This document shows positions 48,470 through 61,993 of a stretch of 64,000 bases of DNA, piece by piece; the first letter of the stretch is position 1, and each line of letters begins with the position of its first letter. Origin of the DNA: a bacterium (GTDB lineage: Bacteria; UBA8248); assembly GCA_965199855.1 (NCBI GenBank), contig OZ241326.1, positions 2,656,001-2,720,000 on the forward strand, in the 5' to 3' direction. Made by a program: the position numbers and the translations under genes. The notes beneath the pieces were generated by a model. That model searched no databases. It saw only the letters and a program-made list of their open reading frames with translations, and was not told the DNA's origin.

Positions 48470-49846
48470 TCAGCCGCCCATTTCGAGCAGCGTCTCGTCC
48501 ACGATGGCGACGGCCGCGTCGATCTGGCGCTCCTCGACGCTCAGGGGAGGCAAAAACCCCAGAACGTTCCCGTGGTGGCCACCCGGATAGAGGAGCAGCC
48601 CCTTCCCGAGGGCCGCTTCGCTCGCCCGCTTGGCGGCGCGCAGGGGCTCGCGCGTCTCGCGGTCGGCGACCAGCTCGATCGCCGTCATCAGCCCGCGTCC
48701 CCGAACCTCGCCGACGACGGCGTGGCGCCCGGAGAGCTCCTCCAGCTTCCGCAGGAAATGCGCGCCCAGCGCCAGGGCGCGCTCCGCGAGGCTCTCCTCC
48801 TCATACACCTCGATGGAGGCGAGGCCGGCGGCGCACGCCATGACGTTTCCCGCGTAGGTGCCGCTCTCGGTCCCGGGCGCCGAGGCGTCCGCGATCTCTT
48901 TTTTCGCCAGGCAGGCGGCGAGGGGCAGCCCCCCGGAGATCGACTTTCCCATCACGACGAGATCGGGCTCCACCTCCTCGTATTGATAGGCGAACATCCT
49001 GCCCGCGCGGCAGAATCCGCTCATCACCTCATCGACGATGAGCAGGGCCCCGTGCCGATCGCAGGTCTCGCGAAGCGCCTTCAGGAAGCCCGGAGGCACC
49101 GGAATCATGCCGCCGTTTCCCTGCACCGGCTCGATGATGACGGCGGCCACCTCCCCCCAGCCGCTCGCCGGATTGCCGAGAAATTCCTCGAGGTAGCGAA
49201 TCGTTCCCGCCGCGCACTGCTCCGCGCCGTCTCCAAAGGGGCTTCGATACGGATAGGGATAGGGGACGTGATGCGTCCCCGCGACGATCGCGCCCAGCCC
49301 CTCGCGCTGGCTTCTTTTGCCCATCAGGGCGAGGGCGCCCAGGGTTCTGCCGTGAAAACCGCCCGTGAAGCCCACGACTTCATCGCGCCCCGTCGCCCGG
49401 CGCGCCAGCTTGAGGGCGATTTCGGCCGCCTCGCTGCCCGAGGAGGCGAGGATCATGCGCTTGGGCGAAGCGCCGGGATGAAGCGAGAGCGCCTTTTCAT
49501 AAAACCGGTTCCGCACCCTCGAACCCAGGGACATGGCCTGATGAACCTCGCCCGCCTGCTCCCGCATCGCCGCGACCACCCGGGGGTGGCAGTGCCCCGC
49601 GTTGAGGGAGCCGAAGCCGGCCACGAAATCCAGGAACGAGTTGCCGTCCACGTCCTCGACGACCGCCCCCCGCGCGCGCTCCACGACGACGGTCTCCGGG
49701 CTCATCCCGAAGCTGAGGGCGGCGCGCCCCTCCGCGCTCCTGAGGCGCGCGAGCTCCCTTCGCGTCTCGGGGCCGGGATGGGGAACCACGAAATCCGGCG
49801 CTTTCACGCGGAACTCCTCCTCTGTTGACGCCTCCATCTCTACCAC
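48470..49846 (-). CDS. Class-III PLP aminotransferase (GabT-like)
   Basis: SGSEA, FHGRT, IEPVQGNGG, DEVMSG, MGKSISGG. Confidence 0.92.
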   Translation of the reverse strand: MVEMEASTEEEFRVKAPDFVVPHPGPETRRELARLRSAEGRAALSFGMSPETVVVERARGAVVEDVDGNSFLDFVAGFGSLNAGHCHPRVVAAMREQAGEVHQAMSLGSRVRNRFYEKALSLHPGASPKRMILASSGSEAAEIALKLARRATGRDEVVGFTGGFHGRTLGALALMGKRSQREGLGAIVAGTHHVPYPYPYRSPFGDGAEQCAAGTIRYLEEFLGNPASGWGEVAAVIIEPVQGNGGMIPVPPGFLKALRETCDRHGALLIVDEVMSGFCRAGRMFAYQYEEVEPDLVVMGKSISGGLPLAACLAKKEIADASAPGTESGTYAGNVMACAAGLASIEVYEEESLAERALALGAHFLRKLEELSGRHAVVGEVRGRGLMTAIELVADRETREPLRAAKRASEAALGKGLLLYPGGHHGNVLGFLPPLSVEERQIDAAVAIVDETLLEMGG

Positions 49847-49963
49847 ATTCCGAAAGGGGCGAGGAACCGCCCGCGGCGCTTCGGAAAAACGCGGCGGGGG
49901 CGGGTGCGATTCAGCCGTTCATGGTATAGGATGCGGGCATACGGAAATTTCGCCCGCGCATGA

Positions 49964-51232
49964 ATGACTTCGAGGCTGCCGGTGAGCGAAAGCGCTTCTC
50001 CCAAAAAGATCTACTACGGCTGGTACATCCTCGCCGCCTGCTTCTTCATGATGTTCCTGGGGATGGCCACCAGAAACTCCTTCGGCCTCTTCCTGAAGCC
50101 GATGATTGAGGATTTCGGCCTGAGCCGCGCCGCCCTGTCCCTGCCCTTCTCCCTCTCCCTCATTCTCTTCGGCGCGTCGCAGCCGCTGGGCGGGCTGATG
50201 ATGCGCCGGTGGAGCCCCAAAACCGTCATCATCTGGGGATCGGCGCTGACGACCATCGCCATGCTGGGCATCAGCCAGGCGGGCTCCCTCTGGGGGGTGT
50301 ATCTGTTCTTCGGCATCCTCCTGGGCATGGGGGGGATCGGCAACAGCCTCACCGCCTTCACCCCGCTGGTCTCCAGCTGGTTCCCGGACAGGCGGGGGCT
50401 GGGCATGTCCCTGGTCAGCTCCGGCGCGAGCATGGGCCAGCTCCTCCTGCTTCCCGTGTTCGCGCATCTCATGGGGTTTCTCGACTGGCGGACGACTTCG
50501 CTCGTCATCGGCGTCATGTTCCTGGTCGCCATGATGCCCATCGCCCTCTTCGTCGTCAGGAACGCCCCGAAGGCCGGCGAGGTCTCCGGGAGCGCGCCGG
50601 CCCCCGGCGGCGTCCGCATGGTCGTCCCCTACGATTTGCCCTGGGTGGAATGCCTGCACAAGGCGCCGTTCGTCCTCCTGCTCACCAGCTTCTTCACCTG
50701 CGGCTTCACCGTGACCGTCGTCTCCGTTCACTGGGTGCCCTTCGCGACGGACGTGGGCTTCTCGGCGGCCGTGGCGGCCACGGCGTTCGCCCTGGGCGGG
50801 GGCCTCAACACCGTGGGCGTTCTGGCCGTCGGCCCCCTTTCGGACAAAATCGGGCGGAAAGTCCCCCTGAGCCTGGTCTACGCCTTCCGGGGCCTCGGCT
50901 TCATCCTGTTCATCTTCTTCAAGAACGACTTCACCGTCTGGGCCGCGCCCATGATGATCGGCCTCTCCTGGATAGCGACCGTCCCCCTCACCTCGGCGCT
51001 GACGGGAGACTTCTTCGGCTCCAGGAACGTGGCCATCCTGTTCGGCCTCATCACGTTCAGCCACCAGCTGGGCTCGGGCCTGAGCGCCTGGCTGAGCGGA
51101 TACATCTACGACGTGACCGGCAGCTACAACCTCGCGTTCGCGCTGGCCGCCTACCTCTGCTTCCAGGCGGCCGTGATCGTCTCCTTCATCAACGAAAGAG
51201 AGGTTCGCGTCGCCGGGACCGCGGCGGCGTAG
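49964..51232 (+). CDS. MFS transporter
   Basis: [22 protein letters not shown], about 12 TMs. Confidence 0.92.
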   Translation: MTSRLPVSESASPKKIYYGWYILAACFFMMFLGMATRNSFGLFLKPMIEDFGLSRAALSLPFSLSLILFGASQPLGGLMMRRWSPKTVIIWGSALTTIAMLGISQAGSLWGVYLFFGILLGMGGIGNSLTAFTPLVSSWFPDRRGLGMSLVSSGASMGQLLLLPVFAHLMGFLDWRTTSLVIGVMFLVAMMPIALFVVRNAPKAGEVSGSAPAPGGVRMVVPYDLPWVECLHKAPFVLLLTSFFTCGFTVTVVSVHWVPFATDVGFSAAVAATAFALGGGLNTVGVLAVGPLSDKIGRKVPLSLVYAFRGLGFILFIFFKNDFTVWAAPMMIGLSWIATVPLTSALTGDFFGSRNVAILFGLITFSHQLGSGLSAWLSGYIYDVTGSYNLAFALAAYLCFQAAVIVSFINEREVRVAGTAAA

Positions 51233-51363
51233 CCGCGCGCGAGCGGCGCCCCCAAGCCGCGCGGCCCGAAGCGAACGGGCGGTTTGCCGCGTCAGGAAGC
51301 CTCTGCGATAATTCCGTCTCGCCCGGGCGAGGCCCGGCCTCGCCCCCCGCGCCTGGTGAAGAC

Positions 51364-52707
51364 ATGGACTGCAACTGCTGGTTCGAGTGCATCAGCCCCG
51401 AATGCGGGGCGACCTACTCCATCTTCGACTCCGTATATCAGTGCCGCGAGTGCGGGAGCCTCCTCGAGGTCGCGCACGACCTGGAAACCCTGCGGATGCG
51501 AAGCGCCTCGGAGTGGCGCCACCTGTTCGACGACCGCTACCAGCGCAACACGTGGCCCTACGGCAGCGGCGTGTGGGGGAAGAAGGAATGGGTCTGCCCG
51601 CTGATCGGCGATGAGAACATCATCTCGTTCTACGAGGGCGGAACCAACCTTTTCTGGGCGAACCGCCTGGGCCGGGAGCTGGGTGTCGGCGAGCTGTGGA
51701 TCAAGCAGTGCGGGAACAGCCACACGGGCTCCTTCAAGGACCTGGGCATGACGGTCCTCGTCTCCGCCGCCCGGCAGATGATGGCCGACGGCAAGAAGCT
51801 TCGCGCCCTCGCCTGCGCCTCGACGGGCGACACCTCCGCCGCGCTCGCCGCCTACGCCGCGGCGGCGGACATTCCGGCCATCGTCTTTCTGCCGAGGGAG
51901 AAAGTCTCCGTGGCCCAGCTCATCCAGCCGATCGCGAACGGCGCCGCGGTGATGGCCATCGACGCCGACTTCGACGGCTGCATGCGCATCGCGCGGCAGG
52001 TGTGCGAGGAGCAGGGAATCTACCTCGCCAACAGCATGAACTCGCTTCGCATCGAGGGCCAGAAGACCATCAGCATCGAGCTCGTTCAGCAGTTCGACTG
52101 GGAGGTTCCCGACCTCATCGTCATCCCCGGCGGCAACCTGGGAAACGTGAGCGCGCTGGGCAAGGGCTTCACCCAGATGCGCGATCTGGGACTCATCGAC
52201 AGGCTGCCCCGCATCGTCTGCGCCCAGGCGGAGAAGGCCAACCCCCTCTACAGAAGCTTCATGACCGGCTTTCGGGAATTTCATCCCGTCGACGCCGAGC
52301 CGACGCTGGCGACGGCCATCCAGATCGGCAATCCGGTGAGCGTCGAGCGCGCCATCCGGACTCTCAAGGCGTTCGAGGGCTCCGTCGAGCAGACCAGCGA
52401 GGAGGAATTGTCAAACACGGCCGCCCGCGCGGACAGAACCGGCATGTACAACTGCCCCCAGACGGGGGTGGCGCTGGCCGCCCTCGAGAAAATCATCGCG
52501 CGCGGAGAGTGCCGCCCCAAGGATCGGGTGGTGGTCATCTCCACGGCGCACGGGCTGAAGTTCACCGAGTTCAAGGTCGGCTATCACCAAAAGGACATTC
52601 CGGGCATCGAGAGCCGATTCGCCAACGCCCCCATCGAGCTCCCCGAAGACATCGACGCGGTTCAGGACGCCATCGAGAAGCAGCTCGGCGCCTTCTCCGC
52701 GAGGTAG
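51364..52707 (+). CDS. thrC: Threonine synthase with N-terminal Cys cluster
   Basis: [46 protein letters not shown]. Confidence 0.93.
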   Translation: MDCNCWFECISPECGATYSIFDSVYQCRECGSLLEVAHDLETLRMRSASEWRHLFDDRYQRNTWPYGSGVWGKKEWVCPLIGDENIISFYEGGTNLFWANRLGRELGVGELWIKQCGNSHTGSFKDLGMTVLVSAARQMMADGKKLRALACASTGDTSAALAAYAAAADIPAIVFLPREKVSVAQLIQPIANGAAVMAIDADFDGCMRIARQVCEEQGIYLANSMNSLRIEGQKTISIELVQQFDWEVPDLIVIPGGNLGNVSALGKGFTQMRDLGLIDRLPRIVCAQAEKANPLYRSFMTGFREFHPVDAEPTLATAIQIGNPVSVERAIRTLKAFEGSVEQTSEEELSNTAARADRTGMYNCPQTGVALAALEKIIARGECRPKDRVVVISTAHGLKFTEFKVGYHQKDIPGIESRFANAPIELPEDIDAVQDAIEKQLGAFSAR

Positions 52708-52764
52708 CGTTCATTCAACTTTCAGCGCGCCTCGCCCGGCGCGGGAAGCGGGAGACGAGCCACT

Positions 52765-53919
52765 TTGCCTGACGACAGGAGGAGTGCCGCGCGCCGCCAG
52801 GCGATGAATTCGCTCTCGCCGCCGATTTTCCAGACCGCGACTTTCGCCTTCGAGAACCCGGACGACCTGCGAGCCTTCCATCTCGGCGAGAAGGAGGCGT
52901 TTTTCTATTCGAGGTTCGGGAATCCGACGAACGAGTCCGCGGAGCGCCGCCTCGCCCTGATGGAAGGGGCGGAAGCCTCCCTCCTGTATGCGAGCGGCAT
53001 GGCGGCCCTCTCTTCGGCGCTTCTCTCCCTGCTGGCGCCGAAGGCGCGACTCGTCCTTCCCCGGGAATGCTACCGGCACACGAGGGACGTCGCCGAGGGT
53101 CTCCTCGCGCGCTACGGCGTCCGCGTCGATATTCTGCCGGACAACGCGGCCGAATCCCTGGAGGCGCTCCCCGACGGGCAGGCGCGGGTGCTGTTCGCGG
53201 AAATTCCCTCCAACCCCACGCTTCGGGTGCCGGACGTCGGGCGAATGGCCGAATGGGCGCGCAAGAGAAAAGCCAGGTTCGTCGTGGACGCGACCGTCGC
53301 CTCCCCCGCCCTGTTCCGCCCGCTCGAGCACGGAGCCGATCTGTCGATCCAAAGCGCGACGAAATACATCGGCGGGCACAACGACGTCGTCGCGGGCGCG
53401 GCGTCGGGCGCGCGGGACGTCATCGACGCGCTGCGCGAGCAGCGAACCCTGCTGGGCTCCGTCCTCGGGCCGCAGGATGCGTTTCTGGTCGAACGGGGAC
53501 TGAAAACGCTTGACCTGCGCGTCCGGCGCATGAGCGAGACGGCGCTCAAACTGGCCGAATTCCTCTCGGGCCATCCGAAAGTCGCCCGCATTCATTACCC
53601 CGGACTCGCGTCCCATCCGGATCACGCGCGCGCCGCCCGGTATATGGACGCCTTCGGCGGACTGCTCAGCTTCGAGCCCGAAGGCGGCCCCGAAAAGGCG
53701 GGCGCTCTGGTCGCCTCTCTCCGGGCGCCTGTCCTCGCTCCGGGCTTCGGCGGCGCGGAGAGCCAGGCGGAGCATCACGTCGATATGGCCTACGCCGACG
53801 TCGGGGCGGAGGGCGCCGCGAGCCGGGGCGTCTCCGCGAGGCTGATTCGATATTCGGCGGGACTCGAGGATTTCGAGGCGCTGAGGGACGACCTCGCCGA
53901 AGGGCTGAAAAAACTCTGA
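52765..53919 (+). CDS. Cys/Met metabolism PLP enzyme (cystathionine gamma-synthase/lyase family)
   Basis: YSRFGNPT, ASGMAA, EIPSNP, SATKYIGGHND, RGLKTL. Confidence 0.92.
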   Translation: MPDDRRSAARRQAMNSLSPPIFQTATFAFENPDDLRAFHLGEKEAFFYSRFGNPTNESAERRLALMEGAEASLLYASGMAALSSALLSLLAPKARLVLPRECYRHTRDVAEGLLARYGVRVDILPDNAAESLEALPDGQARVLFAEIPSNPTLRVPDVGRMAEWARKRKARFVVDATVASPALFRPLEHGADLSIQSATKYIGGHNDVVAGAASGARDVIDALREQRTLLGSVLGPQDAFLVERGLKTLDLRVRRMSETALKLAEFLSGHPKVARIHYPGLASHPDHARAARYMDAFGGLLSFEPEGGPEKAGALVASLRAPVLAPGFGGAESQAEHHVDMAYADVGAEGAASRGVSARLIRYSAGLEDFEALRDDLAEGLKKL

Positions 53920-53920
53920 A

Positions 53921-54529
53921 TCAACTCCCGCCGCGCGAGAGAGAGGGCGCCCGCCTGATGAGCCAGCGGGTGCGCACCCACATTGTTTCCCCCGCCCAGC
54001 GTCCCGACTTCACCTGAACCCGGGTGAAGCCGCGGCTGTCCGCGGAAAGGACGGCCACGCGCGTTCCGGGCGCGAGCCTGTAGGGATAGCTGGCGCCGCG
54101 CGGCGCGCGGTAGCCGCCCGCGAAATTGAGCGGCAGCCCCCGATATGCGCGGCGGACGTATCTCGTATTCACGCGCGCTTCGCTTCCGCCTGCGGGCTTT
54201 CCGGCCGACGCCTTCTTCGGCGCCGGCTGCGGCGCGCCCTGCTCCCGCGCGGACTTCGCCTTCAGCCCCTTGAATTTCTCCTCGGCGCTGGACGCCGCGT
54301 CCCGAAGCCGCAGTTTGAATTCGTTCAGCGACCTGCCGTGATTCGCCAGTATCTGCGTGTGGGCGAGCAGCTGGCTGCGAATCGCGCCGACTTCCTTTCG
54401 GGTCTCCTCCCTGTCCTTCTCGTAGGCGGCCCGCCGCACCCCGAGGCCGCAGCCGGAGATCAACAGAGCAAGCCCGCAGGCAAGCCCCGCGCGCAGCCGC
54501 CCTCCTCGCGCGTCCTTCCGCAGGCTCAT
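53921..54529 (-). CDS. Putative lipoprotein, coiled coil plus SH3-like C-terminus
   Basis: LLISGC lipobox; LAPGTRVAVL...TRVQV...G.TMWV. Confidence 0.6.
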   Translation of the reverse strand: MSLRKDARGGRLRAGLACGLALLISGCGLGVRRAAYEKDREETRKEVGAIRSQLLAHTQILANHGRSLNEFKLRLRDAASSAEEKFKGLKAKSAREQGAPQPAPKKASAGKPAGGSEARVNTRYVRRAYRGLPLNFAGGYRAPRGASYPYRLAPGTRVAVLSADSRGFTRVQVKSGRWAGETMWVRTRWLIRRAPSLSRGGS

Positions 54530-55359
54530 ACGGGGTACCATCCCTCGATGGGGGGCATCACCACCAGTTCGCTCTCCAGTTCGACGACGCCGGCGCACTC
54601 TCTGGCGATCCCCTCGGCCAGCTCCTTCTCCTCGTCGCTGTTGACCCGCCCGTGCAGGAGCAGCTTGCCGGGCTCGGGGCAGTCCACCACGACGCCGCTC
54701 GCGTCGATGCGCTCATCCGTCATGATGGTCGCCTTGACCTTCTGCGCGAAGGCCAGATTCCGGAGCCTTTGGGAGTCCGCCGGCTGAGCCCGCGAGAATT
54801 TTTCACCCCGCAGGACGCCCGCCAGCAGGCGCATCGCCATCTCCTCGCCGAACAGCCCCGTGTTCAGCACGAGGTCGAAATGACTCGCGTCCCCCCACCG
54901 GACGTCGAAGAAATGGCGCGTGTAGGCCATTCGTTCATGATCGTTGTGACGGATGAACTGCTCCGCCATGGCCGGGGTGATGCCCTCGTTCCGCACCAGC
55001 GCGCGCCGCCGATATTCACGGGGCGCGACGACGCGCGCCCGGAACACGCCCTCGATTCCCTGCAGCAGGATGTTGGAGCCGCGGCCCAAGATGACGAAAT
55101 TGTCTTTCAGGGCCGATTCATACACGATGGCGCGCATGATGTCGAGATACACGAGCTGCCTGTCCCGAAAGAAGCGATCCACCAGCCCGGGCTTTCGCTC
55201 GTCCACCTGCTCGAGTTCGGCCCGGACATAGCCGTAGGACTGCGCCGCCTCCGCGAACCCGTCGTTGTCCAGGAGGGACCAGCCCAGCTCCTCGGCGACT
55301 TTCTTGGCGATCACGTCGCCGCCGCTTCCCAGCTCTCTCGATATCGTCAGGATCCCCAT
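54526..55359 (-). CDS. Cytidylate-kinase-like protein with C-terminal BON domain
   Basis: TISRELGSGG, ILGRGS, FDLVLNT, then LHGRVNSDEEKELAEGIA..AGV. Confidence 0.85.
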   Translation of the reverse strand: MGILTISRELGSGGDVIAKKVAEELGWSLLDNDGFAEAAQSYGYVRAELEQVDERKPGLVDRFFRDRQLVYLDIMRAIVYESALKDNFVILGRGSNILLQGIEGVFRARVVAPREYRRRALVRNEGITPAMAEQFIRHNDHERMAYTRHFFDVRWGDASHFDLVLNTGLFGEEMAMRLLAGVLRGEKFSRAQPADSQRLRNLAFAQKVKATIMTDERIDASGVVVDCPEPGKLLLHGRVNSDEEKELAEGIARECAGVVELESELVVMPPIEGWYPV

Positions 55360-55503
55360 CGTCGGCCCTCCAGACTGCGGGCGGCGGCGCATCGAAGCGC
55401 GCCCATGGCGCTCCTCGCCAGCCGTCGCGTCAAGCCCCTTTCCGACCCTCAGACAATCGCCGGGCGCCATCGCGGCGGCCCGGGCCGCCGTCCCCCCGGT
55501 ACG

Positions 55504-57249
55504 TCATTTGCGGCTCGCTCGTTTGAACTTTTCCAGTTGCACCCGAAAATAGCGGTTTCCCGGCTCCAGTTCAATGGCTCTCTGGATGAGCGGAAGCGCC
55601 TTGACCGACTGCCCGTTCAGGTAGTGCAGCTCCGCCAGGGTATCCAGGTAGGCCGGCGTATCGGGCTGAATTTCGAGCGACCGCTTGGAAAGCCGGATGC
55701 CGCGCTCGATGTCCTTCTTCTCCGTCGCGTGAAACCACGCCAGACGGTTGAGGGCGCGCGCCGAGTTTCCGTCTATTTCGAGCGCCCGCCTCAGCGCCTT
55801 CTTCGACTCTTCCGCCTGCCCGCTTTCCCAGAGAAAATCGCCCAGTTCCACCAGGGCGAGGGAGGAGCGCGGCCGCTTCTTCACCAAATCCCCGAGCATC
55901 CTGCGGGCGGTCGTCTTGCGGCCTCTCGATTTGTGAAGCCGGGCGATGCGAATGGGCATATCGACGTCATCGGGGTCCAGCGCGCCCGCCTTCTCATACA
56001 CGGCGATCGCCTCCCTGTCCCGGCCCTGCGCTTCGAGAAGCGCGCCCAGGCGAACGTATCCGTCCAGCCAGTCGGGGGAGAGCGAAACGACTTTTTTATA
56101 CGCGCGGACGGCCTCGCCCGTTCGGTTCATCTCGACCAGGGCGGCGCCCAGCAGAAAATGCAGCCTCGCGCTGTCCGCCGCTTTCTTGATGGCGTCCCTC
56201 AGCAGGCGCGCGGCCTCCGCCGGCCGCTTCTCGGAGATGAGGCGCTCCGCGTCGATGAAAATCCGCTCCGCCGGCGCGGCGCGCCTCGCGGACGCGGCCG
56301 CTTTCGGCCGGGCGGCTTCGACGCGCGCCGCCACGGCCTCGAGCCGCCTTTTCAGGACGACGTCCTCGGGCTCGCGCCGGAAAGCCTCCCGATACGTTTC
56401 CAGCGCCTCCGGGAGACGCCCGCTGCGAACGTACAGGTCTCCGAGCAGAATCATGCCTTCGATGTGCCCGGGACTGTCCGCGAGAAGGGCGCGCGCTTCG
56501 CGTATGGCGTCCCCGACGCGGTTGCGCCGCGCGAGAACCTTCGCCAGGAGGTATCGTGCGACGCTCTGATTGCCGCCGCCCTCAACTTCCAGCGCCTTTC
56601 TCAGGCTGATCGCCGCCTGCTCGAACTCCCCTTTGCCTTCATGGCGAATCGCCTCCGCGATATGCTCTTTCCGCCGTCTTTCAGCCGCGGGCCCGGGGCC
56701 TTCCCGCTCGCCGGATTCCGGCCGCGCGCGAACCTTCGCCTCCCAGACGGCGTCGAGGCGCCTCCAGATGCTCCAGAAATACTGCGGAGATTCGCGGGGC
56801 ATCGCGGCAGCGGCGGCGCCGGCGGCCAGAACCAGAGCCAGCCCCGCCGCGATCCGCATCCGTTGCTTGGAAAACAGGGGCTTGGGGGCGGGCGTCGGCT
56901 CGACGTCCGGCATCACCGATCTGCCCTCGAACCTCGCCGCCGGGCTGATCTTCATTTTGGGGGTCGCAACGTCGCCCCGATGATGGCATCCGTCGCCGAG
57001 CTCGACGCGCCGCTCCGCGCGTATCAAGCCCCGGGTATGGCCGTAATTGACGAATTCCGTCGCTCGCATGTCGCCCTCGGCCCTTCCCGTCTCCGCGATT
57101 TCGAGGCGTCCCTCGCCGTTGATTTCGCCCCTGAAGTCCCCGCCCATGAGAACCTTGCCACGGAAGAGCAGGGAGCCCTCAAGGCGCGTCTCCGGGCCGA
57201 TGAAGGAAAAATCAAGCTGCGGCCGCAAGCCTGGGGGTCGATGTCGCAT
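55504..57249 (-). CDS. Bactofilin-domain / TM / TPR-repeat fusion protein
   Basis: SFIGPETRLEGSL...G.F.GEI...IAETGRAEGD...GDVATPKMKISPAARFEG, a hydrophobic segment, then about 8 TPRs. Confidence 0.8.
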   Translation of the reverse strand: MRHRPPGLRPQLDFSFIGPETRLEGSLLFRGKVLMGGDFRGEINGEGRLEIAETGRAEGDMRATEFVNYGHTRGLIRAERRVELGDGCHHRGDVATPKMKISPAARFEGRSVMPDVEPTPAPKPLFSKQRMRIAAGLALVLAAGAAAAAMPRESPQYFWSIWRRLDAVWEAKVRARPESGEREGPGPAAERRRKEHIAEAIRHEGKGEFEQAAISLRKALEVEGGGNQSVARYLLAKVLARRNRVGDAIREARALLADSPGHIEGMILLGDLYVRSGRLPEALETYREAFRREPEDVVLKRRLEAVAARVEAARPKAAASARRAAPAERIFIDAERLISEKRPAEAARLLRDAIKKAADSARLHFLLGAALVEMNRTGEAVRAYKKVVSLSPDWLDGYVRLGALLEAQGRDREAIAVYEKAGALDPDDVDMPIRIARLHKSRGRKTTARRMLGDLVKKRPRSSLALVELGDFLWESGQAEESKKALRRALEIDGNSARALNRLAWFHATEKKDIERGIRLSKRSLEIQPDTPAYLDTLAELHYLNGQSVKALPLIQRAIELEPGNRYFRVQLEKFKRASRK

Positions 57250-57350
57250 GAGCCGTTTCCGATAAAGGCGTCAGTTTGCGAGCCTCAACGAGCCCGCATG
57301 AGCCGCATTTTACCAAAACGCGCGAAAATCGCGCCAATCCGCATTTCGCC

Positions 57351-58664
57351 TCAAAGCCGGCCGGCGCGGCCGGAGAGCGCGTGAAACCAGAAAACCTCCT
57401 GCCCCCATCCCTCGCCGAGGATCAGGCGATCCTGCCCGGCCGGCGGCGTCCAGGGCCTTTCGGGAGCGCCTCTCGCCACGTCCCTGTAGGTGAAGGCGCG
57501 CTTTTCGCCCCGCGCGGACAGCCCGAGCCGCGCGCGCGCCGCCCGTATGACCGAAGCGCCGGAGAAGGGCTTCGCACGAGACGCGAAATAGATGCGGTAG
57601 CTTTTCGATTCGTCCCGCAGCCTCATCGTAAAGCGGGAATAGGCGTCGGGACGCAACAGAACCGCCTCGCCCCTCTTTTCCGCCGAACCCAGCAGCTCGG
57701 AGACTTTTCCGGCCTCATCAATCGAGAACCCGTAGACGTATAAAGGGGCATAGACCCGCAATCTTCCGAGAACGAGCGCATGGGAGGGAATCGTCTCTCC
57801 GCCGTAGAGTTTTTTTCTGACGCCGTTCCTGTTCATCCGCTCGATGGCGGCCTCAAACAAGGGACGCCCCCAGGACTTTCGGGGAGCGGGCCTTGCGCGC
57901 GGACGAGCGAACGCCCTTTTCGTCAGCCACGCGCGCGGAACGGCGCGAAGGGGCAGGGCGACCCGGGCGTATCCGAGGGAGGGACGGGAGGCCCGGCGGC
58001 GAACCGCCTCCCCGAAAACGTCCCTTATCCCCCTTCTGTAATAGCCGGAGCGAGACGGCGCGTTCAGCGCGAGCGCCGCCCAGACGCGAACCCGGTTTTC
58101 ATCCAGGGCGTATGCGCCATAGACGGCCGCCTCCGCTCCCAGCATCGAGGCCGCGTATATCGCCGACTCCTCCCCATACCGGCTCGCGCGCGCCTTCGGC
58201 CACAAGCCCTCCAGTGGATGATCGGCGTCCAGCTCCCGCGCGGAGGCGTAGCGAATTTCCACCTCGCCTCCTTCCCCCCCGGCGGGCGGCGTCCGATGGT
58301 CAGAAAACGCTTCCTGCCACGCCGCGCCCGTCCGCCCGCCGACGACGCGAAAAACATCCGCCTCGGCCAACCGGCGCCGCACGGCCTGCTCGATCCGAAG
58401 GCTCAGCGTCGTCCGGGCGCCCGAGCGCGCCTCGGCGAATCCGGCGACGACCACCCGCAGCGGCCTGCTCCGCGCCCTCCCTTCGGAATCTCCTTGAAGG
58501 CGATCCTCCCTCGCGGACGCCGCCAGGGAGCCGACCAGCCCTCCCGCCGCTTCGCCGAGCGAAGGGCGGCGCGCGCCCGCGTCGCGCCAGGGGATGGGTT
58601 CGTAGCGGGCGCAGGAGAGCATCGACAGCGCAAGGGAGAAGAGCAGGCCGGAGAATAGACGCAC
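57351..58664 (-). CDS. Putative lipoprotein (FlgO-like N-terminal domain possible)
   Basis: MLSC lipobox; RVVVAGF...GAEAAVYGAY. Confidence 0.55.
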   Translation of the reverse strand: MRLFSGLLFSLALSMLSCARYEPIPWRDAGARRPSLGEAAGGLVGSLAASAREDRLQGDSEGRARSRPLRVVVAGFAEARSGARTTLSLRIEQAVRRRLAEADVFRVVGGRTGAAWQEAFSDHRTPPAGGEGGEVEIRYASARELDADHPLEGLWPKARASRYGEESAIYAASMLGAEAAVYGAYALDENRVRVWAALALNAPSRSGYYRRGIRDVFGEAVRRRASRPSLGYARVALPLRAVPRAWLTKRAFARPRARPAPRKSWGRPLFEAAIERMNRNGVRKKLYGGETIPSHALVLGRLRVYAPLYVYGFSIDEAGKVSELLGSAEKRGEAVLLRPDAYSRFTMRLRDESKSYRIYFASRAKPFSGASVIRAARARLGLSARGEKRAFTYRDVARGAPERPWTPPAGQDRLILGEGWGQEVFWFHALSGRAGRL

Positions 58665-58675
58665 CGCCTGAAGCC

Positions 58676-59509
58676 CTATCGGGCGCCCAGGCGCGCCGAA
58701 TCTATCGCCCGCAGGGAGGCGAGGAGGGGTTCAAGGTCGTCAAGGCTGATCATGTTGGGGCCATCGGAGAGGGCCTCGTCCGGCTTCGGGTGGCATTCGA
58801 TGAAGAACGCATCGACGCCCACGCCGGCCGCTGCGCGCGCCAGGTGGGGAGCCATGCGCCTGTCCCCTCCCGAGCTCTCGCCGAGTCCGCCCGGAGATTG
58901 AACGCTGTGCGTCGCGTCGAAAACGACGGGGTAGCTGCATTCGCGCATCCGGACGAGCGAGCGCATATCGACCACCAGGTCGCGGTAGCCGAAGCTGGCG
59001 CCTCTTTCGGTGAGAAGAATCCGCCGACAGCCCGCCTCTTCGAGCTTGCCGACCACGTTCTTCATGTCCTCCGGGGCCATGAACTGCCCCTTTTTCACGT
59101 TTACGGGCTTGCCGGCGCTCCCCGCCGCGCGCAGAAGATCCGTCTGGCGGCACAAAAAAGCGGGAACCTGAACGGCGTCCAGCGCGCGCGCCGCGCGCGC
59201 GGCCTCGTCGGGGCCGTGAACGTCGGACATCACCGGAAGGCCGGTCTCCTCCCGCACCCTGGCGAGGATTTCGAGTCCCCTCCCGATGCCGGGGCCGCGC
59301 GGAGAGCGCCCCGAGCTGCGGTTCGCCTTGTCGTAGGAGGCCTTGAACACCGCGCCCACCCCGCACGCATCCGCCGCCTCCCTGATTTTTTCCGCGCATC
59401 GCCTCGCGAGATCCTCGCTCTCGATCACGCAAGGCCCCGCGATGAGGCACGGCGCGCCCTCCAGCCCGAAGGAGACGTCCCCGATTTTCACGACGTTTCT
59501 TTCCGTCAT
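58676..59509 (-). CDS. kdsA: KDO-8-phosphate synthase
   Basis: [41 protein letters not shown]. Confidence 0.97.
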   Translation of the reverse strand: MTERNVVKIGDVSFGLEGAPCLIAGPCVIESEDLARRCAEKIREAADACGVGAVFKASYDKANRSSGRSPRGPGIGRGLEILARVREETGLPVMSDVHGPDEAARAARALDAVQVPAFLCRQTDLLRAAGSAGKPVNVKKGQFMAPEDMKNVVGKLEEAGCRRILLTERGASFGYRDLVVDMRSLVRMRECSYPVVFDATHSVQSPGGLGESSGGDRRMAPHLARAAAGVGVDAFFIECHPKPDEALSDGPNMISLDDLEPLLASLRAIDSARLGAR

Positions 59510-59552
59510 GCTCCCGTCTTCTCCGGGCTTCGCGCCGGGCGCGGCCGCGCTT

Positions 59553-61972
<2,420 letters not shown>

Positions 61973-61993
61973 GCTCCCCTCCCGGGGCGGCGT

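Noticed and set aside
50209-51363. Apparent 385-aa N-terminal extension of threonine synthase
   Set aside because: Off-frame overlap with the MFS gene; thrC plausibly starts at ATG 51364. The extensions on gpsA, metG, groES and the DUF1330 gene were rejected for the same reason.
51233-51363. Possible SAM riboswitch or attenuator before thrC and the Cys/Met enzyme gene
   Set aside because: No recognisable riboswitch core, leader peptide or terminator.
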